Shown in pieces: positions 31,319 through 40,876 of a stretch of 64,000 bases of DNA (its first letter is position 1; each line of letters begins with the position of its first letter). The stretch comes from Bdellovibrionales bacterium (GTDB lineage Bacteria; Bdellovibrionota; Bdellovibrionia; Bdellovibrionales; Bdellovibrionaceae): contig JANMPT010000050.1 in NCBI GenBank assembly GCA_031370005.1, positions 14,829 through 78,828 on the forward strand, in the 5' to 3' direction. Below the pieces are notes generated by a model. The model made no database searches and had not been told where the DNA came from. It worked only from the letters and a program-made list of their open reading frames with translations. The translations under genes and the position numbers were made by a program.

Positions 31319-33381
31319 AATCTCCTGTTATACTTAGAGTGTTTAAGGGTAATCAATTAGTTGAGGTGAAGCAGTTCGATCTGGACCAAATTGTTATCGG
31401 TCGTCGCGTTGAGGCAGGCCTAGATCTGGATGCTGACGAAGTTTCCGCTGTACATGGCTTAATTGAGTTGAGGGATTCCGGCTACTATATTTGTGACCTC
31501 GGGTCGGCTACTGGAACCTTTAAAAATGGCGAATCCGTTTTGGATGAACCACTTGCTTCAGGCGATGAAATAAAAATCGGTCCATTTAAGATTATTTTTT
31601 TTGTCGGTATTCCAAAACCAAAAGCCGCGCCTCCGGGGCAGCCTGAAGTTGTTGCCGAACCAGCATCCATTCCAGCAAGTATGCCACAAACGGTGGCTCC
31701 AAGTATTCCAATGGCGACACCGGTTTTTGAAGCACCCAAAGTGGAGGCAAAGCCTCATATTGCGACAGCCCCCGTGGTTGGACCAGCGGCGAGAGCCGAG
31801 ACTTTCACTGCGAAGAAATCTACTTTTAATAAAAAAGGTAAAAACAAAAAAACTTTTGCTCCGGCCAGTGAAGTAAAAGAGCTTCGCGACCTTCTTCGGC
31901 CCGGCAAAGGAAATGTCGTAGAGGTTATTCTCAGCTGGAAAGAGCGAGTTTTAACGACCTATCATTACCGCACCCCAGGGATTATACGCCTGGGGCCTGG
32001 TGAAAAATTTGAAATTAATATCCCAGAGGGTGTTTGCCCAGTTGGATGGCCACTTGTTGAAGTAGGTCCAGAGACTCGTGTCGCGGCGACTTCCGAAATG
32101 AAAGTTGAGCTTGTAACAAAAGACGGCCGAAAATCTATTGATGAGCTTTTGCGTTCAGGGAAAGCTCAACGCGTTGGTAGTTCTGTGACTATGAAGTTGG
32201 ATCAAGAAGAGATTTATTTTATAGCATTGCCTAATAGTGATTTGCAACTTTACGTTCGCTTCGTGCCTCAGCCTCCGGTACTGCCGATTTCACCCTGGTT
32301 TTTGAGCAGCTCAGAACTTACTGGGATGGTCATGTCCTTAATCTTGGTGGCTCTGTTGGCGCTTTATGTTTACACAACAGCCCCCTCAATGCAGGAAGAA
32401 GAAAGGAAGGAAGAGATTGTGGCACAGGTGGTTTTTGATAAGCCAAAACCCACGCAACCGCCAGTAGCTGTTGTCGAAGAAAAGCCAGTTGCGACGCCAA
32501 CTCCGGCTCCACCGAAGCCTGCGCCGACCCCTAAAAAAGTTCAGTTGGTGGATAAGTCGGTTGAAACTGCAAATAAAGCCAAAAAATCAGAGGTAGTTGT
32601 GGTGTCTAAGAATACAAAAGCAGGTGCTGCGCCTGAAGTGATGCCAAAGCCGAAGTCGCAAAATAAGCCAAAGGTTTTTACTTCAGCACATCCGCAAGGT
32701 GGCGCTGTTAAGCAAGGCCCTACGGAGTCAGCAAATGCTCAGAGCAAGAATAAAGATGTCACTAAAGTTGGTATATTCTCTGATTTAAGCACAGGTGGGA
32801 TAAGGAAAAGTCTTGATAAAGCGTATTCAGGAGCGGGTGAAGCTCTTGGAACTGCAGCGAACGCAACAGGAACGGCCGGTTCAAATTCAGACCGTGCCGG
32901 CGATGACATCGGCGGTAAGTTTAAGGACACAGGAGCCGGCGGTAAGGGTACAGCTACTGTGGGTATCGCTGGGATTGGGACGAGAGGCCGAGGAACAGGT
33001 TACGGAACCGGGGGCGGCCTTGGGGATAAGAATTCTGTTGCTATCGAGCCTGGAGGCGTGGAGGAAAAATTTGTTGGAGGTATTGATCGTGAAGCCGTAC
33101 GGCGCGTGATTCGCGCGGGACTTCGTGAGATCCGTGGGTGTTACGAGCGTGAGTTGAATAAGCTCAACAAGACTCAGCATCTAGAAGGTAAAGTGGTTAT
33201 TGAATGGACCATCGTGCAAGGTGGAAAAGCGTTGAATGCGAAAGTGAAAAGCACAACCTTAGGAAATCGCGCGGTTGAAAACTGTGTGAGAGACCGCTTG
33301 GCAACTTGGAGATTCCCCGATCCACCAGCAGACACGGTGGGAGAGGTTAATTATCCATTCTATTTTAGAGCTGAAAATTAA
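31315..33381 (+). CDS. FHA-TM-TonB_C protein, GltG/PglI-like
   Basis: FHA (IGR...VSAVH...DLGSATGT), TM helix, Pro/Gly-rich linker, C-terminal IRGCYE...CV....WRFPDP...VNYPF. Confidence 0.85.
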   Translation: MKSPVILRVFKGNQLVEVKQFDLDQIVIGRRVEAGLDLDADEVSAVHGLIELRDSGYYICDLGSATGTFKNGESVLDEPLASGDEIKIGPFKIIFFVGIPKPKAAPPGQPEVVAEPASIPASMPQTVAPSIPMATPVFEAPKVEAKPHIATAPVVGPAARAETFTAKKSTFNKKGKNKKTFAPASEVKELRDLLRPGKGNVVEVILSWKERVLTTYHYRTPGIIRLGPGEKFEINIPEGVCPVGWPLVEVGPETRVAATSEMKVELVTKDGRKSIDELLRSGKAQRVGSSVTMKLDQEEIYFIALPNSDLQLYVRFVPQPPVLPISPWFLSSSELTGMVMSLILVALLALYVYTTAPSMQEEERKEEIVAQVVFDKPKPTQPPVAVVEEKPVATPTPAPPKPAPTPKKVQLVDKSVETANKAKKSEVVVVSKNTKAGAAPEVMPKPKSQNKPKVFTSAHPQGGAVKQGPTESANAQSKNKDVTKVGIFSDLSTGGIRKSLDKAYSGAGEALGTAANATGTAGSNSDRAGDDIGGKFKDTGAGGKGTATVGIAGIGTRGRGTGYGTGGGLGDKNSVAIEPGGVEEKFVGGIDREAVRRVIRAGLREIRGCYERELNKLNKTQHLEGKVVIEWTIVQGGKALNAKVKSTTLGNRAVENCVRDRLATWRFPDPPADTVGEVNYPFYFRAEN

Positions 33382-33415
33382 TTTTAAGAAAAGCTAATCC
33401 TTAAGGAGGAAAGTC

Positions 33416-34126
33416 GTGAACCCTATAGCAACACCAACCGATGCCGCAGTCGCCGCAGCAATGCAAGCCGTGTCTGCAACTGAAAATATGAACTTTGTTC
33501 AAAGAGCCTTTGTTGAGGGCGGCTTTGTGATGTACGTAATTGCTTTGATTGCAATCATTGCGACTTTTTTAATCATTGAACGCATAATGAAATTTAAAGC
33601 TCTAGCAATAGATAAGAAGGATTTCACAGACCAAATTTTTCGTATGGTGGTCAGCGGTGATTTGCGCCAGGCGATTTCGTTTTGCGATACTCGCTCAGCT
33701 CCTCTCACAAATACGGTGAAGGCAGGTCTTGTACAAGCAATGAACAAGCGCCCTGATGAAGAAATCCAAGTAGCGATGGATGCTGCAGTTCTAAGAGAGA
33801 TGCCTAAGGTCGAGGGCTGGTCTTCGTTTTTAGCTGTTTTTGGAAATATTGCAGTGTTGGCAGGTCTTCTTGGGACGATCATGGGTATGATCGGCTCTTT
33901 CAGAGCGGTATCAGCGGCGGATCCAGCAACAAAGGCCCAAAAGCTTTCTGAAGGTATTTCCCATGCCTTGAATTGTACTGCATTTGGTCTGAGTGTCGCG
34001 ATTGTTTCAATTATTGCTTACGGTTTGTTCCAACATCAAATTCAAAAGACGGAAAATGAAGTTGTAGAAACAAGCATGAGTCTATTGAACCTCGTAGCTG
34101 CAAATAGAGATAAAATTAAAGATTAA
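33416..34126 (+). CDS. aglR: MotA/TolQ/ExbB proton channel, AglR-like
   Basis: GLLGTIMGMIGSF, GISHALNCTAFGL; AGGAGG RBS. Confidence 0.8.
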   Translation: MNPIATPTDAAVAAAMQAVSATENMNFVQRAFVEGGFVMYVIALIAIIATFLIIERIMKFKALAIDKKDFTDQIFRMVVSGDLRQAISFCDTRSAPLTNTVKAGLVQAMNKRPDEEIQVAMDAAVLREMPKVEGWSSFLAVFGNIAVLAGLLGTIMGMIGSFRAVSAADPATKAQKLSEGISHALNCTAFGLSVAIVSIIAYGLFQHQIQKTENEVVETSMSLLNLVAANRDKIKD

Positions 34127-34151
34127 TTTTTTTAATTAAGGATTCAAAGCC

Positions 34152-34625
34152 ATGGCAAATGTAGAAGAAGGAAAGAGAAGGGGCCGAGGAAGGAATGTAG
34201 AGTTAAATCTAGTTCCGGTCATCGACTTGATGAGTGTGTTGATTACTTTCCTATTGATAACAGCGGTTTGGTCGCAGGTTAACATGATGCAGATCGGGAG
34301 TTCTCTTTATGGAAAACAGCTCGATGACAAAAGTCCAGTGCCACCGCCGAAATCGGATGTGGTTTTGAAAATTGATATTAAAGAGGCAGGTTATACTCTA
34401 ACTGTCGGCAAACAAGTGATTAGTTTGCCACTGAAAAGTGGCGTGTTTGATGACTCTGGCTTGATGGCTCAACTGCAACGAGTGAAGCAGCTTTATCCAG
34501 AAAAAACGGATGCAATTGTTACTATGGCTGACGAGTTGCCGTATGAACAGCTGATTCGCGGTATGGACGACTGTTTACAATCTGGGTTCCCGGCGATCTC
34601 AGTGGCGACAGGAGCGCCAATTTAA
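34152..34625 (+). CDS. aglQ: ExbD/TolR family, AglQ-like
   Basis: LNLVPVIDLMSVLITFLL with the conserved Asp. Confidence 0.72.
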   Translation: MANVEEGKRRGRGRNVELNLVPVIDLMSVLITFLLITAVWSQVNMMQIGSSLYGKQLDDKSPVPPPKSDVVLKIDIKEAGYTLTVGKQVISLPLKSGVFDDSGLMAQLQRVKQLYPEKTDAIVTMADELPYEQLIRGMDDCLQSGFPAISVATGAPI

Positions 34626-34626
34626 T

Positions 34627-35217
34627 ATGGCTATATTTAGACCTGGTGAGAGACACCGATATCACAATATTCTTAAGAGAAATAAAAATAAACGAGGCGT
34701 AACCGCGATGCTGTCACTGACTGCCATGGTGGATATGTTCACAGTTCTTGTGATCTTTCTTTTGCAGAACTATAACACCACTGGGGAAGTAATCTTTATT
34801 CCAAAAGAAGTTATTCTGCCCAAGGCGGCCATGGTCAAAGAGCTGAAGCCGGCCTTTGTTGTAACAGTTTCAAACAAAGAAGTTCTTCTCGACAGAATGC
34901 GTGTTGCAACTTTTGACGAAGTCAAAGGCAATGAGGCGTGGATGATCAAGAGTCTTTACGAACCTTTGAAGGCGGCTTTGGATAAGAAAAAAGCCGAGCA
35001 CGAGGGTGGATTAAACAATAAAGTAAAGGCTGCGGTCAGCAATGCTCGAGGCCAAGAGGAAGAAGACCCTAACTCTTGGAGGAAGGTCACAATTCAAAGT
35101 GATAAAGACGTGGACTTCTTGACGGTAAAAAAGGTCATGTTTACAGTGACTGAAGCCGGCGCTGGCGAGATTAACTTTGCCGTTATGAAGCGTCCAAACG
35201 AGCCGACTTCAAATTAG
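34627..35217 (+). CDS. aglS: ExbD/TolR family, AglS-like
   Basis: LTAMVDMFTVLVIFLL, IQSDKDVDF..VKKVM. Confidence 0.72.
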   Translation: MAIFRPGERHRYHNILKRNKNKRGVTAMLSLTAMVDMFTVLVIFLLQNYNTTGEVIFIPKEVILPKAAMVKELKPAFVVTVSNKEVLLDRMRVATFDEVKGNEAWMIKSLYEPLKAALDKKKAEHEGGLNNKVKAAVSNARGQEEEDPNSWRKVTIQSDKDVDFLTVKKVMFTVTEAGAGEINFAVMKRPNEPTSN

Positions 35218-35269
35218 TTTGATTGCTAAATAAACTAATTTTAGAGGTCGTAATTGCGGTGCGTGACTG

Positions 35270-36229
35270 ATGAAGAACCTCAAAAATATTCTATTTGTAA
35301 TTCTTCTCATATTTCTTTTTGTTGAAGTGCTTATTATTTTTCCCAACAGGCTCGAACATAAAGAAAAAGAGCTCCCTACGGCGACAACTCAAGTCGACTC
35401 CACTCAGCCAGAACAAAAAATGAAGGGCGTTCACCTTGTTGAAGCACGGCAGGGGCATCAGGACTGGGAACTCTTCTCTGCGGCGGCTGAAGGTTACCAA
35501 GGTAAAGGCGCTTGGGAGCTTAAGAAGGTGAGAGTTTTGTTCTATAACAAAGAAAAAATTAGCTTCACTGTGACCGGCGATCTTGGCTCTATCGATGGAA
35601 AATCCAAAGATCTTAGAATCAAGGGGAATGTCATTACCAAGTCTGAAAATGGTTATATTTTTAAAACCTCTTCAATTTTTTATAATGCAAAGAAGCGTCA
35701 GATCTTGAGCAGTGAAAAGTTAAGCATGCACGGCCCTAAGGATGAAATGGGTGATGGTTTTGTTCTGGAGGGAACTGACATGCTGGTTTTAGTTGACGAT
35801 AACCGCATGACTATTAATCAGAATGTGAGGGGATCTAAGAAGTTCAAAGACGGAAAAGACTTTTTTATAACCAGTGATAAGGCGGAGTTTTCTGGTCAGT
35901 CGCACCAAGCGCGGTTTTATGGAAATGTTGAAATGAAATACGCAAATTTGCGTTTGCAGGGGCCGACGGCGGTTTTCCAGTATAAGGGAAATACGTCGCT
36001 GATTAACTATATTCAGATACAGGGTGGCGTTCGGGTCAATGATGCGGATAAAGTTGCGACAGCGGATACGGTCAATCTGGACCTTTTTAAGAATATTTTT
36101 ACTTTTCGCGGAAAGCCAAAAGTTATTCAAAATAACGACGAGCTTTCTGGTGAGGAAATCATCTTTCTTGATGGCGGGAAAAAGGTTAAGGTAGAAAAAG
36201 TTCGAGCGAGAATGGAAAAGAAGGATTAA
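35270..36229 (+). CDS. lptC: LPS transport protein, apparent LptC-LptA fusion
   Basis: N-terminal TM plus two beta-jellyroll-like halves; directly upstream of lptB. Confidence 0.75.
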   Translation: MKNLKNILFVILLIFLFVEVLIIFPNRLEHKEKELPTATTQVDSTQPEQKMKGVHLVEARQGHQDWELFSAAAEGYQGKGAWELKKVRVLFYNKEKISFTVTGDLGSIDGKSKDLRIKGNVITKSENGYIFKTSSIFYNAKKRQILSSEKLSMHGPKDEMGDGFVLEGTDMLVLVDDNRMTINQNVRGSKKFKDGKDFFITSDKAEFSGQSHQARFYGNVEMKYANLRLQGPTAVFQYKGNTSLINYIQIQGGVRVNDADKVATADTVNLDLFKNIFTFRGKPKVIQNNDELSGEEIIFLDGGKKVKVEKVRARMEKKD

Positions 36230-36233
36230 CTAG

Positions 36234-36956
36234 ATGAGCTATCTTCAAATTAAGGAAATCTCAAAAGCCTACAAAAAACGACAGGTTGTGGATGGCGCTT
36301 CTTTCTCTGTAGAGTCCGGACAGGTTGTTGGCCTTCTTGGCCCTAATGGCGCCGGCAAAACCACTTCGTTTTATATGGTGGTTGGTCTAGTAAAGCCAGA
36401 CTCCGGATTTATCGAACTAGATGCTCGAGATATCTCGGGCGAGCCCATGTACCGCCGAGCTCGGATTGGCCTTAGTTATTTGGCACAGGAACCGAGTATT
36501 TTTAGGAAGCTCACCGTGAGTGATAATATCATTGTAGCACTTGAGGCCCAGGGCTTCAGCGGCTCACAGCGTTCTGAGAGGCTTGAGGCCTTGCTTTCTG
36601 ACTTTCACATTGCTCATATCCGCGATAGCTACGGATATTCCCTGTCCGGAGGCGAGCGTCGCCGGGTGGAAATTGCGCGAGCATTAGCGGGGGCTCCGAA
36701 GTTTTTGCTTCTTGATGAGCCTTTTGCTGGGATTGACCCTATTGCTGTAGCGGATATTCAGAATATCATTCGAGACCTTAAGGCCAAAGGTATAGGAGTT
36801 TTGATCACTGATCACAACGTGCGTGAGACTCTGGGTATTTGCGACTATGCTTATATATTGAAGGACGGTAAAATTCAGGTGAGTGGGAGTGCGGACGAAA
36901 TCGCGAACTCAGAGCTGGCCAGAAAGTTTTACCTGGGAGAAAACTTTAGACTTTAG
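36234..36956 (+). CDS. lptB: LPS export ABC ATPase
   Basis: [52 protein letters not shown]. Confidence 0.97.
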   Translation: MSYLQIKEISKAYKKRQVVDGASFSVESGQVVGLLGPNGAGKTTSFYMVVGLVKPDSGFIELDARDISGEPMYRRARIGLSYLAQEPSIFRKLTVSDNIIVALEAQGFSGSQRSERLEALLSDFHIAHIRDSYGYSLSGGERRRVEIARALAGAPKFLLLDEPFAGIDPIAVADIQNIIRDLKAKGIGVLITDHNVRETLGICDYAYILKDGKIQVSGSADEIANSELARKFYLGENFRL

Positions 36957-36967
36957 GAGATATTTTA

Positions 36968-38404
36968 GTGGCTCTTCGCCAGACGATGAACTTAAGTCAG
37001 TCTTTGGTGATCACACCGCAGCTGCAACAGGCAATCAAGCTTTTGCAGATGTCGCGTATGGAGCTTGAGTCTGCTGTTCGCTCTGAGCTTGAGGAAAATC
37101 CAATTCTTGAAGAGGCTGAGGTCCTTAAAGAAGCAGATTTGCAAAGAACCAAAGATGCAGCTAACGAAATAGAGGGTGGAGCCCCCGAAGTTGCTGACAA
37201 CAATACCCAAGATCCACAAAAACAAGACGAATTCGAGTGGGAAAGCTACTTCGAGCAAAATCAAAAACCACCCCAATCGGGAATGGCTGGCAGCGAAGAA
37301 ATCATGAATTATGAGAATACGATTTCGACGTCTCAGACTTTGCATGAGTATCTTTCTTGGCAAGTAAAAATGAATGGCTTTAGTGAGCATGAAGAAAAGG
37401 TCGCTGATCTTTTAATTAACTACATAGACGATGATGGCTACCTCAAGACACCACTTGAGCAAATTGCCACTGAAGAAAAGCTTCCCATCGAAGATTTGGA
37501 AGATACGCTAAGCCTCATTCACGAGTTTGATCCACCAGGAGTGGGGGCTCGGAACATGAAAGAATGCCTATTGATTCAGGCTAAGCATCTTGAGGAAGAT
37601 ACTCATGATCTTGTCAATCTGATCAATAATCATCTAAAGGATCTTGAAAAGAAAAATTACGATGCTATTGCTAAAACAATGGGCCGTGATTTGGAAGAAG
37701 TCATTGAGATGTGTAAAATCATCTATTCAATGGATCCTAAGCCTGGCAGAGCCTTTGTTAGTAATGAAACTCAGTATGTGACTCCTGATGTGTATGTTTA
37801 TAAAGTTGGTGATGATTTCGTGGTTTCGTTAAATGAGGATGGTCTTCCTCGTTTGAAGATTTCAAACTTCTATAAAAACGTCCTTAAGGGAACAAACAAA
37901 GCTGAAACTAAAACCCATGATTATATCCAAGAGAAGTTGCGCTCGGCAGTTTGGCTTATTAAATCCATCCACCAGAGGCAAAGAACGATTTATAAAGTTG
38001 CAGAAAGTATTGTGAAGCATCAACGAGAATTCTTTGAAAAGGGAACGGCCCATCTAAAGCCAATGATTCTCAGAGACATTGCAAATGATATCGGGATGCA
38101 CGAGTCAACTGTAAGTCGTGTAACTACTGCGAAGTACGTTCATACCCCTCAAGGGATTTACGAGCTGAAGTATTTCTTTAACTCGGGGATCAGTTCTTCG
38201 GATGGGGACTCGCTAGCTAGTGAATCGGTTAAACTGAAAATCAAAGATCTTGTGAATAAAGAGGATCAAAAAAATCCATTGTCGGACCAAAAGATTGTTG
38301 AAATGCTCAAAGTTGAAGGAATACAAATTGCACGGCGTACGGTTGCAAAGTATCGTGATATGCTAAAGATCCTTCCCTCAAGTCAGCGTAAAAAGTTCTT
38401 CTAG
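36968..38404 (+). CDS. rpoN: RNA polymerase sigma54 factor
   Basis: TPQLQQAIKLLQ, HESTVSR, RpoN box ARRTVAKYR. Confidence 0.98.
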   Translation: MALRQTMNLSQSLVITPQLQQAIKLLQMSRMELESAVRSELEENPILEEAEVLKEADLQRTKDAANEIEGGAPEVADNNTQDPQKQDEFEWESYFEQNQKPPQSGMAGSEEIMNYENTISTSQTLHEYLSWQVKMNGFSEHEEKVADLLINYIDDDGYLKTPLEQIATEEKLPIEDLEDTLSLIHEFDPPGVGARNMKECLLIQAKHLEEDTHDLVNLINNHLKDLEKKNYDAIAKTMGRDLEEVIEMCKIIYSMDPKPGRAFVSNETQYVTPDVYVYKVGDDFVVSLNEDGLPRLKISNFYKNVLKGTNKAETKTHDYIQEKLRSAVWLIKSIHQRQRTIYKVAESIVKHQREFFEKGTAHLKPMILRDIANDIGMHESTVSRVTTAKYVHTPQGIYELKYFFNSGISSSDGDSLASESVKLKIKDLVNKEDQKNPLSDQKIVEMLKVEGIQIARRTVAKYRDMLKILPSSQRKKFF

Positions 38405-38428
38405 TCGGCAGATTGGCCGAGGTGAATT

Positions 38429-40129
38429 ATGTCGAATGAATTTTTCCAACAACAGCCTCAATTAAAAAATCAATACACAGAAGATCGACTGCTACAGGCT
38501 TATTTGCATTGGAAGATTCCGGCACAATTTATGTCGAATTTGACGGCGCACCTGAAGCATTTGGGGCAAAGAGCGGTCACTGATATGTTGGAGTGGGCTG
38601 ACGAGGCCGAAAAATATCCGCCGAAGCATATTCCCTATGACGCATGGGGAAGGCGGATTGATTTTATTGAAACCTGCAGTGGGTGGAAGAATCTCGAAAA
38701 AGTAGCTGCGGAAGAGGGGCTTATTGCAACAGGTTACGAGCGTAAATACGCTGAGTACTCTCGCATTTACCAAATGGCATTGCTCTATCTTTATCATCCA
38801 TCTTCCGCGCTATATTCTTGTCCTTTAGCAATGACTGATGGTGCGACTCGAGCCATTGAGCTCTATGGCGATGAGTATTTAAAATCAAAAGCCTATAAGC
38901 ATCTCACCAGTCGTGATCCAAAGCTGTTTTGGACTTCGGGACAATGGATGACCGAGAGAACTGGCGGCTCTGACGTTAGTGAAACCTCAACCATTGCAAG
39001 GAGGGTTGGGGATCACTACGAGCTGCACGGTACAAAGTGGTTTACTTCAGCGACGACCTCGCAGATGGCGATGACTCTTGCACGGATTGAGGGTGCCGAG
39101 TCAGGAAGTCGAGGATTGAGCCTTTTTTATCTTGAGCTTCGTAATGATAAGAATGAACTCGATAAGATCATGGTCCATCGTTTGAAAGACAAGCTGGGAA
39201 CCAGAGCATTGCCGACGGCGGAGCTGAGTCTTCAGGGAACACAGGCAAGGCTTGTTGGCGGCGAGGGTGGTGGAGTTAAAAAGATCTCAAGTCTTTTCAA
39301 TATTACACGTATTTATAATTCTATTTCCTCAATTGCTCATATGCGACGAGGGCTGGCGCTTGCTAAGGATTATTCCTTAAAGAGAGAGGCCTTTGGCAAA
39401 AAAATCATCGACCACCCGCTGCATGTGGAGACTTTGATGGATATGTATGTGGACTATGCCGCCAGTTTCCATTTGACGATGCGGGCGGTTGAGCTCCTTG
39501 GTAAAGAGGAGTGTGACAAAGCCACAACTGAAGAGCGTGCACTTTTAAGACTTTTGACTCCGGTGATAAAGCTTTTCGCAGGCAAAAAAACCATGTCCGT
39601 GACGAGTGAGGTGATGGAGGTTTTTGGCGGAGCGGGTTATGTCGAGGACACGGGAATGCCTCGGATGCTTCGCGACGCTCAGGTTTTTTCAATCTGGGAG
39701 GGGACCACGAATGTTCTCAGCCTAGATGTCCTTCGTGCTATTGAAAAAGAAAATGCATTTAAGCCCTTCGTGCAAGAGGTTAGTGGGCGCTTGTTGGCTA
39801 TAATGAAAGAGCCTATGGCTGGTCAGCAGCTCAAGGGTGAAGTGCAGGCAATTGAAATGGCTCTTAAGGATCTAGAGAGCTACTTTCACAGAATTGTTTC
39901 TGCTGGAATCAGCGGTCTTGAGGATTTACAGGCCTGCGGGCGCTATTTTGCGTTTAGTTTGGGGAATATTTTTGCGGCAACACTTATGACGGAGTTTGCC
40001 CTACACACCAAGGACCTTCGTGATATTGAAAGTGCCCGCCGTTGGTGCACCCGTAAGACACTCTTCGAGGTCCCAGAAACATCAGCCAGCCACAGATTCT
40101 CAAACTCAGAAATTATCAACGGTCTCTAA
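38429..40129 (+). CDS. acyl-CoA dehydrogenase (AidB/ACAD11-like)
   Basis: CPLAMTDGA, GQWMTERTGGSDV, GTKWFTSA, LKDKLGT, GGAGYVED, IWEGTTNV. Confidence 0.92.
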   Translation: MSNEFFQQQPQLKNQYTEDRLLQAYLHWKIPAQFMSNLTAHLKHLGQRAVTDMLEWADEAEKYPPKHIPYDAWGRRIDFIETCSGWKNLEKVAAEEGLIATGYERKYAEYSRIYQMALLYLYHPSSALYSCPLAMTDGATRAIELYGDEYLKSKAYKHLTSRDPKLFWTSGQWMTERTGGSDVSETSTIARRVGDHYELHGTKWFTSATTSQMAMTLARIEGAESGSRGLSLFYLELRNDKNELDKIMVHRLKDKLGTRALPTAELSLQGTQARLVGGEGGGVKKISSLFNITRIYNSISSIAHMRRGLALAKDYSLKREAFGKKIIDHPLHVETLMDMYVDYAASFHLTMRAVELLGKEECDKATTEERALLRLLTPVIKLFAGKKTMSVTSEVMEVFGGAGYVEDTGMPRMLRDAQVFSIWEGTTNVLSLDVLRAIEKENAFKPFVQEVSGRLLAIMKEPMAGQQLKGEVQAIEMALKDLESYFHRIVSAGISGLEDLQACGRYFAFSLGNIFAATLMTEFALHTKDLRDIESARRWCTRKTLFEVPETSASHRFSNSEIINGL

Positions 40130-40295
40130 AAGGTACCTGGTCGCTTTTCGCAGGTCGAAGGCTTTTTGTGTCAACATTTAACCTATTTATGGGCTGGACT
40201 CGTTCCATAATGAGAAGGTCTGGCAATCGGGTCTCACCTCAAAACAGGGGGCGCAGCATCATGTGAAAGTTCAAAGAAATTTCATCAATGCGCTC

Positions 40296-40322
40296 TAATT
40301 TTTAATCGGACCTCGCCGATAA
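40296..40322 (+). promoter_or_regulatory. sigma28 promoter of hpf
   Basis: TAAT-N15-GCCGATAA with a consensus -10. Confidence 0.75.
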
Positions 40323-40374
40323 GATACTAAGACTAAGGTCCCGCAAGGGGCCCCCACAGTAAAGAGGAGACGAC

Positions 40375-40749
40375 ATGAAACTTAATTATACCTTTAAGCA
40401 CCTCGATCATTCAGACTCGCTGATTAATTACACAGAAGAGAAAATGGAGGAGATCGGGAAGTTTTTGCTTAAAGAGGGTTACGGCAACGTCTATTATAGC
40501 AAAACAAAAAATGAATTCTGCGTGGAGGCTACGGTAAATACGCGAGAGAAATATTTTAAAGCAACGTCTTACAATTTGGACGCCTATACGGCGGTGGATA
40601 TGGTTGTGGAAAAACTCGAAAAACAGTTCATTAAGACTCGGAAAATTAAGCAAGATCATAAGAAGCCGGACCTCAGCCGAGAGGGGAAAATTGAGCAATT
40701 AAACTCTCATTTGGAGTTTGAGTCTAAGGGCGGCAAAAAAGCTTCATAA
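40375..40749 (+). CDS. hpf: ribosome hibernation promoting factor HPF/RaiA
   Basis: FKHLDHSDSL..Y.EEK, DAYTAVD.VVEKLEKQ; GAGGAG RBS; near rpoN. Confidence 0.88.
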   Translation: MKLNYTFKHLDHSDSLINYTEEKMEEIGKFLLKEGYGNVYYSKTKNEFCVEATVNTREKYFKATSYNLDAYTAVDMVVEKLEKQFIKTRKIKQDHKKPDLSREGKIEQLNSHLEFESKGGKKAS

Positions 40750-40775
40750 AGTCTGAACTACAAGTAATTCCTTAG

Positions 40776-40808
40776 GCCCCCTGTTGAAAAAACTGGGGGC
40801 TTTTTATT
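40776..40808 (+). terminator. rho-independent terminator
   Basis: GCCCCC-t-GTT-gaaaa-AAC-t-GGGGGC followed by TTTTTATT. Confidence 0.8.
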
Positions 40809-40835
40809 GACCACCACCTTGGTTTGCGTTAATTT
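40807..40835 (+). promoter_or_regulatory. putative sigma70 promoter of metK-lepA-lepB
   Basis: TTGACC-N17-TAATTT. Confidence 0.55.
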
Positions 40836-40876
40836 GCCCGTTACATAAAGCTGAATATTAGAGCGAGGATACGAAA

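Noticed and set aside
35211..35241. 10-bp AT-rich inverted repeat after aglS
   Set aside because: Too weak (AT-rich stem, short U-tract) to call as a terminator.
40325..40876. Possible riboswitch before hpf (c-di-GMP) or metK (SAM)
   Set aside because: Only a single GNRA hairpin before hpf; the metK leader is about 35 nt with no SAM aptamer motifs.
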